A stretch of 62,284 bases of DNA, the filler included. It is 9 parts of 9 records of this genome, joined end to end, with 100 filler letters (N's around TTAATTAATTAA, not from the genome) between each part and the next. Parts side by side here need not be neighbours in the genome. Positions count along the whole stretch, not along the records: positions 19,391 to 24,827 come from SRR31156797_37304; positions 24,928 to 33,493 come from SRR31156797_37310; 7 more parts are not named here. One strand, 5' to 3'. Within the stretch, counting starts at the first letter, position 1. Each line of letters opens with the position of its first letter. Positions 19,391-29,109 of this stretch are shown in pieces. The notes under the pieces were generated by a model. That model was not told the origin of the DNA. It saw only the letters and a program-made list of their open reading frames with translations, and ran no database searches. Made by a program: the position numbers and the translations under genes.

Positions 19391-21595
19391 AGGAATCCGG
19401 CCTTTGAAGCTGTGGAGCGAGCTGGTTCTGAAGTTATTCGCCAAGGTGAAAAAGCGGCCCTGAGATTCAAGCAATTTCAAAAGGAACGGGATGATCTTTA
19501 TCTCTTAAAGCTCGAGGGGGAGTTTTCCGACCTGGAACGGGAATTTCATACAAATGAAAATACCCTCGAGGGAGAAAACGCCCAGGGATCCCATGACCGC
19601 GGACTGGCGCAGTACGACCAGTGGAACTCCGAATTTGCCGAACGGCTGCAGAACGATTATCAGCGGATGGCTTGGGCTCCGCGCATCGAACGGCGGCGCC
19701 AGGCCGGGCTTTCCATGCGCGCCCAGTGGGAAGCGACCCAACACCAGCAATTGAAGGTTGAGCGCCAGAAGGGCCTATTTACAAGGCTTGGTATGGAATC
19801 CAAGTTATACGCCAATAACCCGGCCCGCTTGAAACAATTGATAACAGATTACAACGAGGATGTCGCAAACCTACGGGCCGGGCACGATAACACGGCCCTA
19901 AAGCAGGCGGCGGAAAATTTAGTATGGTCCACGGCCATACAGGCCAGGATAAACGGAAAGCAGTATGCATCGGCGGAAGAACTACTGCAAACGATCAGCA
20001 ACCAGGGCCGGATCCCGGCTGATTTAGAGGCTAAATTAAGGCGTAGTTTAAAGGTTGCTTCTTCCGACGCTCAAATTGATCAAGCGTATATGAGTTTCGA
20101 CGGCCAGGACCCACAACTCGCAGCGATGGATGTTATGGAAAATCCATCAAAATATGGGCTCAATGCCAAAGAAGCTCATCAGGTCGCAAGTATGTTGATG
20201 GCCAAGGATTCAATGCAGCAAGCCCTGGAAAAGGAAACTTTAAAACTGAACATACAAAAGGATTTAAATTCTTACAGCGCCGCGATGCTCAAGAATGATT
20301 ATGTATCCGCCATGAAAACCATTGCGAATTCGAAATCTATTAAACCTTTAGACAAATTGAAATTAATCGATGATGCCCAAAAAGGCATGGTTACGACCAA
20401 GCCGCAAGATTGGCAGATTGCACTGGCCATGATCATGGAAGGAAAGGTTACAGATTTAAATCAATTGATCAGGTTTGGCGTTCGGGCGGATAAATGGCAG
20501 GAAGCCCAAAAAGAGATAGAGGCGTACAAAGAACGGAACGATTTTGGCGATAATATATTCGAGAACCGTGTACAGTCTTTTGAGCTGAAATATAAGGATA
20601 AGAGAGAAGCAGCGATAAAGGGCGCCAAGTTCCGGACGTTGCTAAATCAAATAGCTAAGCTGGAAAAGATTACTAATCATAGCGACCCTAAAATGCATCA
20701 ACTGGCCGACATAGTTGAAGGCATGATGGAAGAAAAAGGGAGTTGGTTCAATATCTTTTCCGATAAAACTTCCGAAGCAGATATGGCATTAGAAGAGTTG
20801 GTTCTAAAGGGAAAACTCGAACGCTACAAATATTATAACCTCGCTATTCCGGAAGCAACCAAAGAAGAAGTCCGCCAAGTATACGAAATTCTCTGGAAAC
20901 GGCAAACGCCTTTTGACGTTGAATCGTATAGCCGGGCTGCTTTAAAGGCGGTCCGATCAGGCAAAACACTGGATGAAATAATAGATAGTGTTGTTCTGCC
21001 AGAGGGTTTTGAACACTTAGCAGAAAAATACGAAAAATTGGAAGTTGCAGATGCAATAACCTTTTTAAACGAAATGGGCGTTGAGGTTACTCCTAAATCT
21101 GTTGATGAAACGCTAGAACAGGCAAGAGCTACGATGGCGCCGGCCAAGGCTCCGGAAGCAGTGCCGGTGGAATATCCGGATCCGCTTATAACCTATTTTA
21201 CAAGCTCAGGACTAACTCGTGGCGAAAAGGAAATTGCTGATGAAAACGTACTCGAGGGGATACCTGAAGAGGCAATCATAGAAATCAGGGATTTGCTGAT
21301 TGCCGATAACACTAAGCCTACTCCCTTTAAAATCAGGAAGATGTGGGAAGCACAACCCGAGTTGCACCGAAAATACATTAAAAAATCATATTTAATTCCT
21401 CCGGATGCGGGACTCAGGCCCTTAATTGATACTAAGGATATGGTGGATGCTGTAAAAGCAAAAAGCATTGCCGAATTGACACGACGCGGCTTTTACGCCC
21501 TGGGGGGAGTGGGCGAAGCCATATCGGAAAAATTTATAGATCCCGCCAGTGAAGCAATCAAGCATAGCAGGGAGCTTTTAAAAGATGAGGAATAA
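19391..21595 (+). CDS. Large helical phage protein, probable internal virion/ejection protein (5'-truncated)
   Basis: More than 727 aa, frame open to the contig start, charged and helix-like, overlapping the next large virion-type gene; no enzymatic motif recognised. Confidence 0.6.
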   Translation, partial: RNPAFEAVERAGSEVIRQGEKAALRFKQFQKERDDLYLLKLEGEFSDLEREFHTNENTLEGENAQGSHDRGLAQYDQWNSEFAERLQNDYQRMAWAPRIERRRQAGLSMRAQWEATQHQQLKVERQKGLFTRLGMESKLYANNPARLKQLITDYNEDVANLRAGHDNTALKQAAENLVWSTAIQARINGKQYASAEELLQTISNQGRIPADLEAKLRRSLKVASSDAQIDQAYMSFDGQDPQLAAMDVMENPSKYGLNAKEAHQVASMLMAKDSMQQALEKETLKLNIQKDLNSYSAAMLKNDYVSAMKTIANSKSIKPLDKLKLIDDAQKGMVTTKPQDWQIALAMIMEGKVTDLNQLIRFGVRADKWQEAQKEIEAYKERNDFGDNIFENRVQSFELKYKDKREAAIKGAKFRTLLNQIAKLEKITNHSDPKMHQLADIVEGMMEEKGSWFNIFSDKTSEADMALEELVLKGKLERYKYYNLAIPEATKEEVRQVYEILWKRQTPFDVESYSRAALKAVRSGKTLDEIIDSVVLPEGFEHLAEKYEKLEVADAITFLNEMGVEVTPKSVDETLEQARATMAPAKAPEAVPVEYPDPLITYFTSSGLTRGEKEIADENVLEGIPEEAIIEIRDLLIADNTKPTPFKIRKMWEAQPELHRKYIKKSYLIPPDAGLRPLIDTKDMVDAVKAKSIAELTRRGFYALGGVGEAISEKFIDPASEAIKHSRELLKDEE

Positions 21596-24500
21596 AACCG
21601 GTTGGGACACCGCCAGGCTGGAAGAAGATACGCCGGGGCAGGCATGGGACCCGCTGAGGCTGGATGAAGCTGAAAAAGAGGCCTTACAAGAATCGTATGA
21701 GCGGAGCCAGGGCGTTAATCCTGATGATGCGGCCGCGGCTATGCGGTTTTCGCCGAACTCGCCATATACGCCGGAAGCAATTGTTGAATCCCCGGAATTG
21801 ATGAAAAAGGCGAAAAATCCGCCTCCTGATTTGAAAAAGGTGCGAAAAGAAGCGCCCACGCTGGCTGAATGGCTGGCGAACCCTCAGAAGTTTGTTGTGG
21901 CACAGGATGATATCGGAGCCCTTATAAAAGTTGAACGCGGGATCCAAAAAGCGCAGAAATGGTTGCGGAAGCGGACGGCGATTGAAGATGCTGTTTTTGG
22001 GGCAATGGGAGTGGATACTGACAGCCGGCTCTATCACTTGGCTATGTTTCCACTCAGAATGGATCTTGGAGAGAGACTCGATAAATCGTTAAGGAGCGGC
22101 GTTTACTCGGCTGCAGGGGGCATGGCTTCGGGGGCGAAGTGGCTAATCGGCGGGGCGCGGCGATCCAGGGCTCTCGATCTTTTATCACGAGAACTGCACA
22201 ACGCGGCGAATTTTACGGCGCCGCCGGATCCCGATCTGTTGGACAAAGCCGCACAGGCCGGCGGTTCCATGGCCACCTTTTTTATCCCCGGGTTGGGAAT
22301 TGCCAAAGGTGCGAGTTGGGCGGCCAGTGTAACGCCCAGGTTGGCCAGATGGCTCGGGGCCAGCTCCATGACCATCTTGGAATCCATGGCTGAAGCCGGA
22401 GGAGTTTACGAGGAAACACTGCAAGGCGGGGGCAGCGAGAAGCTTGCAAACGAGCGTGCGACGAAAACATTTTGGATGAATGTTCCGTTGCTTGCGATCA
22501 CTAATAAACTGGGAATTTTCGGTGAAACGGGCGGCGATCTGTGGCGGCTTGGTATTTCTGGCCTTTTGGAGGGCGGGCAGGAAATAGGCCAGGAAAAGAT
22601 ATCTTCCGGCGTAATGGGCCGGGAGATGACCTTGAGAGATTATCTTGAGGTTGGCGGCTTAGGAATGGTTTTCGGCGGTGGGGCCGGTGTGGCTGCGCGG
22701 AGAGCGCTTCCGGGGGCCAGTGCTGATGATCAGCCGCAAACAACGCCAAGGGCCAAGGCCGCGGCTCAGGCTGTGCTTAATGAGGCTGAAAAGGGGCTGA
22801 AGGATTCGGCCCTGGCTGATCGATCACCGGAAGATCTGAAAGAATTCATGAATGATTTGGGGGCGGCATATAATGTGCCGGAAAAAGTATATATCGAACC
22901 CGAAAACCTGACGACGCTGTTTCAGGTTGGGGGCTCTTTTGCCGATAGCGTGAAAACCGATGAGCAACAACAACAGGTTGAGGATCCCGTTGACGCTGCG
23001 GAAATTTTAGAGGATCTGGGCATAACCGAAGAAACTTATTATCAAGCCCTGGAAACGGGCGCGCCGATTGGAATTGAATTCGGCCAGCTTGGCCATGTAA
23101 TCAAAAAGCCGACCTGGAAGAAAATAAAACCGCATTTATCGTTTGATCCGGCATCAGACCTGGTGGAAGCGGAAAAGGGAATTCAGCAGGCTTTCCGCGA
23201 GAATCGCGGTTTGACTATCGAGCAGGAAGAACGAATCAGAAAAGATATAAAGGATTCCGGCCGCCCTGACCAAGACGCGGACATTGCCATAGGTTTGCTT
23301 AATGCCCGGGCGCGGGTTTGGGCAGGCACCACAGGACGGGATCCGGGCCAATATCTTAATGAACAGTGGAAACTGAGGTTTGAAAAGGGGGATGACCGCC
23401 TAATTGAAGAATTGATTGCGGAGAGCAATAAAAAGCATCCTCAGTTGAAAAAAACTAAAAGACTGTTCTCCGTTAAAGGTTGGGGCCCTGAATTTACTCA
23501 ATTCAGCGGTAAGCCTCATGAGGCAATCAGGCACCTTATGGATGTGCAGGACGGCTACGTTCCGGCCGCCATATCCCGCCCGGATATCGGGGATATAGAT
23601 TTTGTTTGGGGCCGCGGGGGACCAAACGGTTATGGGCTGGCTCATATCCTGGATGAGCGCGGAATACAGAAAGGTTTAGGAATACTTCTTCGGTTGCCTG
23701 ATCTCATCACCAAGGGAGCATTAGTACACAGGCCTAAATACCCTGGAAGGGCTTATATCGCAAATCCCGATACGGAAATTATTATTAGGTTGGATTGGGA
23801 TAAGAAAAAGCGGAATTGGGTATTAACAACTTATTTTAAGTACAATTACGGATCCCCCGCTTCGACCGGTCGTCTGACAAATAGTCGAACTGTCGGTGAT
23901 GGACAGCACCTTCCTCCATCACACGAGGGATCTAATAAAAGTTTAAACGAAACAACGGATGATGTCAACGGGCCTGTTGAGCTTCAAGGCACAATAAATT
24001 TTAAAAACATTCGGGATGTTATCATTTCTTTTTTTCAGGCAGCGGATATCACCACGGCGCCGCATGAAATTTTCCATCTTTTTCAGGCTGATCTTGAAAC
24101 TTTGGGAAAACCTGGTTATGGCCAGGATCCCGATGTCGGACGGGATTATGAGATTGCCTGCAAATTTGTAGGGGCGAAAGTCGGAGAGACCTGGACACGC
24201 AAGCAACATGAAAAATTTGCTGAAGAGGGCGTAAAATACTTGATAAACGGCCAGGCTCCGACTGCGGAACTCAGGCCGCTATTTACTCGCATGAAAGATT
24301 GGTTTTTGGATGTTTATGATTCTGTTGTGCACGGGACAGCCAAGATCGAAGTAAGCCCGGAAATGCGCGGCGTGTTTGATCGGTTGCTGGCAACCAAGGA
24401 AGAATTGGCGGACGCTCAAGAGGCGTTGGAACTGGTAAGCGCGTTTGGCGATCAGCCGGTGCGACCGCAAGATGTGCCTCCGGATGATTGGAAAGAATAT

Positions 24501-24827
24501 GAAAAAGCCGCGGGTAACGCATCTTCCGCTGCGGAAGAAGCAGCCCAGAAAAAAAGAATAAAAGAACTGGATGATCAGCGCCGGCAATGGAAAAAGGAAG
24601 GCCGGGCAGAGGCGAACGCCGATCTGAGAATTGAGCGCGTTACGGATATCGTTAAAAGGGGCGGGATCCGGAGAGGCAGCCTGTTTGAGTATGATGCTGA
24701 AACCGTGACTCAGTTGAGCAAACTCAGGCCCGGATTGATCACCAAGAAAGGCAAATTATCTCTTGATGAGCTGGCTGAAGAATACGGAATGAGCAGCGAT
24801 GAGCTTTTCGAGGCTTTAATGGAAACC
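21585..24827 (+). CDS. Phage large polyvalent protein: Gly-rich hydrophobic N-region, PBECR1-type (barnase/EndoU/colicin E5-D/RelE fold) RNase domain, HExxH zincin-like domain (3'-truncated)
   Basis: GDIDFVWG...GYGLAHI...NWVLTTY (~23480-23845) and AADITTAPHEIFH...HEKFAE...GQAPT...LF..MKDWFLDVY (~24000-24330). Confidence 0.8.
23851..23932 (-). ncRNA. Candidate 82-nt three-way-junction RNA antisense to the linker after the RNase domain
   Basis: 9-bp closing stem GAUCCCUCG/CGGGGGAUC, 8-bp GUGAUGGA/UCCAUCAC and 7-bp UUCGACU/GGUCGAA. Both wobble pairs are G-U only on the minus strand. The RNA starts at the predicted TSS of the adjacent promoter. Confidence 0.6.
23940..23968 (-). promoter_or_regulatory. 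Intragenic antisense sigma-70 promoter
   Basis: TTGACA (23968-23963), 17-nt spacer, TAAACT (23945-23940). Confidence 0.7.
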
Positions 24828-24927
24828 NNNNNNNNNNNNNNNNNNNNNNNNNNNNNNNNNNNNNNNNNNNNTTAATTAATTAANNNNNNNNNNNNNNNNN
24901 NNNNNNNNNNNNNNNNNNNNNNNNNNN
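24828..24927. other. Artificial contig linker
   Basis: N44-TTAATTAATTAA-N44. Confidence 0.99.
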
Positions 24928-24957
24928 TATCAGTATCAGTATCAGTATCAGTATCAG
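24928..24957. repeat. Hexanucleotide tandem repeat (TATCAG)x5+ inside clpV, encoding (DT)n
   Basis: Five perfect copies running into the contig end. Confidence 0.9.
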
Positions 24958-26485
24958 ATGATATTTGCTGCTCTCTGCTTTCCAACAACTCAGTACGTAA
25001 ACGAATGATTTCCTCAATATGGGTTTTCTGCTCTAACCAACGCTCAGTGAGTTCAGACTTTTCAGCTTCATCCTTACGCTCTTTTTCCAGCAGCTCTTCT
25101 AGCCACTGCAAATCGACTTCATGCCCTAAAAATTGAGCTCTTTCTATCATCTCGATCTCAGCTTTTCTCTGATGATGAGTTGACTCAAGTGACGCAATTC
25201 GTTTTGGCGGTGTTGAGATATTTATTGCGATACGCGCACACGCCGTATCCAGCACATCGATAGCTTTATCAGGCAGTTGACTCCCTGGAATGTATCGAGC
25301 AGAAAGCTCTGCAGCAGCAGTTAAAGCATCATCGGTAATAATGACCTGGTGCGCTTTTTCATACACAGGATACAGTCCACGAAGAATGTCTACCGCTTGC
25401 TCAATACTCGGTTCATTGAGCTTCACCAATTGGAAACGACGCGCTAGCGCTGGATCTTTTTCAAAATACTTTTTGTATTCTTTCCATGTCGTTGCCGCAA
25501 CCGTGCTTAACTCACCGCGCGCTAACGCAGGTTTAAGCAGATTGGCCGCATCACTCCCACCTTCTTGGTTACCTGCCCCAATTAGCGTATGTGCTTCATC
25601 AATAAATAAGATTATGGGTTTTGGTGACTGTTTGATCGCTTCAATGACGCTGTTTAAACGTTTTTCAAACTCGCCTTTTACCGAAGCTCCAGCTTGAAGC
25701 AAGCCTAAATCGAGAGACCATAACTCAACGTTTTTTAACTGCGCAGGGACAGCACCAGACTCAACGCGTAGTGCAAGCCCTTCAAACATGGCGCTCTTAC
25801 CAACACCTGCATCACCCACAACTATCGGATTATTTTTTCTCCGACGACATAGAATGTCGATCATTAAGTTCAGTTCTTCATCACGACAAAGAACAGGGTC
25901 TAAAGCCCCATCTCGCGCTTGAGCTGAGACATGGGTACAGTACTTTTCAAGTACAGACTCATTTTTAGGGCTTTCTACAACCGAAGACTTGCTTGCTGAA
26001 GGGGCAACTTTCGTTTCTGAAGAGTTTTCAACAATGGCAGAGAAATTTTTCTTCAACCCTTCTCGGTTAACGTCTGAAAATATTTTGGCTAACGATTCAG
26101 AGAGGTATCGAGTTGGGTTAATCAAAGCGGCCAATAATATCGCTCCTGATCTCAGCTCTGCTTGTTCCAGTTCTGTGGTTGAAAGCAACCATGCTTCTTG
26201 CAGTAGCTCCACCAGCAAAGGCGAAAATGCTGGGTAAGTATCAAGCGATTGTTCATATGGGTATGACTTAGCAATGGCTTGCTTTAACGCCTCTGGCTCA
26301 ATGTTCGCAAGCTTAAGAACCACTCGAATATCCGATAATGGATTATCCAGTAGTACTTCTAAATAGTGCTGCAAGGTCACTTCTGAGTGTTGACGTTCAA
26401 TACAAAGAGAAGCGGCTTGCTCAAGCGCAAGCTTGCTCTGATCATTTAATTTAGATATGAGTGTGGGCAATTCAATACGGATCAC
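24928..26485 (-). CDS. tssH: T6SS AAA+ ATPase ClpV/TssH (3'-truncated)
   Basis: RRRKNNPIVVGDAGVGKS, LFIDEAH, KPALARGEL and LPDKAIDVLDTAC; T6SS context. Confidence 0.95.
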
Positions 26486-26514
26486 TGTGTTAACCTAGCC
26501 TAGTTTATAGTTAT

Positions 26515-27288
26515 TTAAAGTATTTGATTTAGTTGTATTAATATGTCGCTGGATTTGCTGTGAAGGAAATAGCTGTACATAACAAACGCACCACCACACA
26601 GAGCTGTAAAACCAGCGAGTACAGCCCAGATTGGTACCTGATAAGCCAAATTGTATTTTGATTTAACGGCATTATTTGATAAGCCAGTGAGAACTTCAGG
26701 TTCGGTTCCATTGACCTCTTTAAGCCGTTCATATAGCTGAACAATGACCTTTTCTCTTTCTGCCGAACCACCATCCATCACTCGATATTTGCCTTCAAAA
26801 CCTAATATCAAACAGTGATAAATGAACTCCAGTAACTCCCGATATCGGTGAGCATCCGTTTCCAACCGACCTAAAATAGAGAAGACTTTCTCCCCACCCC
26901 AGGTTTCATTGTGAAAACGAGAAAGCATGGAATGCTCTGCCCACTCACTTAAGGATCCCCACTCCGTTCCCAATACGGCTTCGTCTAAAAATGCACAAAG
27001 CACATAGCGGTAAGCCATTAAGGTGGCAGGATCGATTCCTTGTTCAGTCAGCGAAATTTCTATCGCTTTCACTTCATTAACAGCTTGATGATAAATTTCA
27101 CCAACGGTTTCACAGTGAGAGAGTGTTCTGACTCTCATAGACAAGCCAAACAGCGGGATCGCGGCATCAATGAAGACATTGGACAAATTGTCACGAAGTT
27201 GAAACCAGTAGTCTTGATCCGCGTTGATTTTCTCCACGTCATCAAATAGCAGTTGGCTAAATTGGCCAGTTTTTTTACTTGCTACCAT
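26515..27288 (-). CDS. tssL: T6SS membrane protein TssL/DotU
   Basis: RYVLCAFLDEAV, FHNETWGGEKVF, LGFEGKY and a C-terminal TM segment. Confidence 0.95.
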   Translation of the reverse strand: MVASKKTGQFSQLLFDDVEKINADQDYWFQLRDNLSNVFIDAAIPLFGLSMRVRTLSHCETVGEIYHQAVNEVKAIEISLTEQGIDPATLMAYRYVLCAFLDEAVLGTEWGSLSEWAEHSMLSRFHNETWGGEKVFSILGRLETDAHRYRELLEFIYHCLILGFEGKYRVMDGGSAEREKVIVQLYERLKEVNGTEPEVLTGLSNNAVKSKYNLAYQVPIWAVLAGFTALCGGAFVMYSYFLHSKSSDILIQLNQIL

Positions 27289-27290
27289 GG

Positions 27291-28625
27291 TTAATCCCTA
27301 ATTGCCCAAAACTGAATATCTAGATCATCAAATGCAGCCGCAATATGGAATGCGAATCCAGTTGATTTACGAAGCATCGCCCAAGAAGAGCTGGTTTTAT
27401 CAAGTTGGTAGTAAATATATCCGGCATGGTACGGTAAATGACGCGGTGCTACCGGAAGTGGCAGTAAAGTAATCCCCGGAAGCTGGAGAGAAATAAGCTC
27501 TCGAATCTTCTCAACCGAAGAGACTTTGGTCTGCTGAACAAACTGACGACGCAGCTCATCGAGAGGAAGTCGCGCTTTAACCGAAATAATAAATTCAGCG
27601 CTATCTATCAGTTGTAGATCGTGAATAGCCGCAACATGCAAGCCATATTTACGTTTTTCGATCTGGATCGATACAGCTTTCGGCTCGATAACCACGCTCA
27701 AGCTTTGACGTAAATGACGAATGAGCGGGCCAAAAGACTCACTCGGCATTTCATGGTTATAGCTTGGCAACTTCGGCGGTAAACGACTTTCATCGGTAAA
27801 GGTCGACAACTCACCACTGATCAAAGAAAGGGATTCGAATAGACGTTCTGGGTGCAAACTTGATAACTGAGCTAAATGTTGCATCTGAGGTTGTAAACGG
27901 TTCAGAGTTTGCAACAACATAAAATCGGCAACATCGGCAACAGAGCCTTGCGATGGCACGCTAATACGTTGGGCGATATTTTTTGCGCGCTCTTTCAACA
28001 GTCCCGACATCTCATTGATAAAACGATGTAAAGCCTCATTTCTTGCAACATTGTAATGACAAGGGATGAAATCTGGGTCAAGCACCACACTGCCATCTGG
28101 GCGTTTTTCCAAGATCCGAGCAATAGCAATCGACGCATACGCACTGCGATCATCTTTTTGCAGCATGAGCTTAATCTTTGCTGGAGACACATCGATGTTA
28201 GTGGTGTCACCTTGTACGGTATGTACATCAACCACTTCTAATGCGCGGCTTGCATAACGTCCTGTACCATGTTCCTCTGGCCAACTGACTTCCATCAGAG
28301 CTTCACTTTTGAGCGGTACCGCTAAATAGACGATCTGATTCGCCAGCGATGAGTCAACGATTTCTAATGCTTCTGGTATTAAATCCTCTTGTGGGATACG
28401 GAATGTTAAACCGTCCGGCATAACACCAACCGCTCGGTCGATAGCAATTCGTCCAAACGACAAATACTCCGGGTTAAGAGATAGCTCTGATACCCCATAT
28501 AAATAGTGACCCACTGACCGAATACGTTCGTCAATATGGTACTCAAAGTGACGTTGTTGTTGCTGGAAATGTTGAGGCTTGATAAACAAACCTTCTTTCC
28601 AAATCACACGATTTCGTGCATACAT
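27291..28625 (-). CDS. tssK: T6SS baseplate protein TssK
   Basis: VIWKEGLFIKPQHFQQ...LPVAPRHLPYHAG...FWAIR. Confidence 0.96.
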   Translation of the reverse strand: MYARNRVIWKEGLFIKPQHFQQQQRHFEYHIDERIRSVGHYLYGVSELSLNPEYLSFGRIAIDRAVGVMPDGLTFRIPQEDLIPEALEIVDSSLANQIVYLAVPLKSEALMEVSWPEEHGTGRYASRALEVVDVHTVQGDTTNIDVSPAKIKLMLQKDDRSAYASIAIARILEKRPDGSVVLDPDFIPCHYNVARNEALHRFINEMSGLLKERAKNIAQRISVPSQGSVADVADFMLLQTLNRLQPQMQHLAQLSSLHPERLFESLSLISGELSTFTDESRLPPKLPSYNHEMPSESFGPLIRHLRQSLSVVIEPKAVSIQIEKRKYGLHVAAIHDLQLIDSAEFIISVKARLPLDELRRQFVQQTKVSSVEKIRELISLQLPGITLLPLPVAPRHLPYHAGYIYYQLDKTSSSWAMLRKSTGFAFHIAAAFDDLDIQFWAIRD

Positions 28626-28630
28626 TATTT

Positions 28631-29107
28631 CTATTCCACCTTATCCAATTTGACTTCGTAATCTTTAAACAACATTAAAAGGTGATACTCTCTGCCTGAG
28701 TTAAGAACCTTCACTGATTGCTTCCATTCACTGATTTCAGGATCGGAAAAGTGCGCAATAACCCCGATATAGTTCGTGTCTTCATCCACCTTAATTTCAT
28801 TAACAAACTTAAATTGATTGGGTGTCAGCACGTAGTCATAGTTCTTAATGAAATTACTACGTAGTGCTTTCTCGTAGTCCGATTTCAACTGGTCATAACC
28901 TGCTGACATAAACATTGAATCGTCTTTTAGCTCAATAACTTGGACTTCAACCGGAGATGCCTCTCCCCATACATTTGGATTGACTCGGGTATCCGCGACT
29001 AAACTAAATGTCACTTTTGTTGGCTGCTCTGCGGGAGGCAGTTCGTCATTTGAACTACAGGCCACCAGCAGCAATACACTGACATGCAATAACCACTTCT
29101 GAATCAC
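28631..29107 (-). CDS. tssJ: T6SS lipoprotein TssJ
   Basis: Lipobox LVAC; VNPN...ASPVEVQVIELKDDS. Confidence 0.93.
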   Translation of the reverse strand: MIQKWLLHVSVLLLVACSSNDELPPAEQPTKVTFSLVADTRVNPNVWGEASPVEVQVIELKDDSMFMSAGYDQLKSDYEKALRSNFIKNYDYVLTPNQFKFVNEIKVDEDTNYIGVIAHFSDPEISEWKQSVKVLNSGREYHLLMLFKDYEVKLDKVE

Positions 29108-29109
29108 AG

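Noticed and set aside
23851-23932. The antisense RNA as a genuine tRNA gene
   Set aside because: It has only two internal arms, no canonical D/anticodon arms and no CCA, and UUCGACU is not closed by a canonical T-stem. It is retained only as a structured ncRNA candidate.
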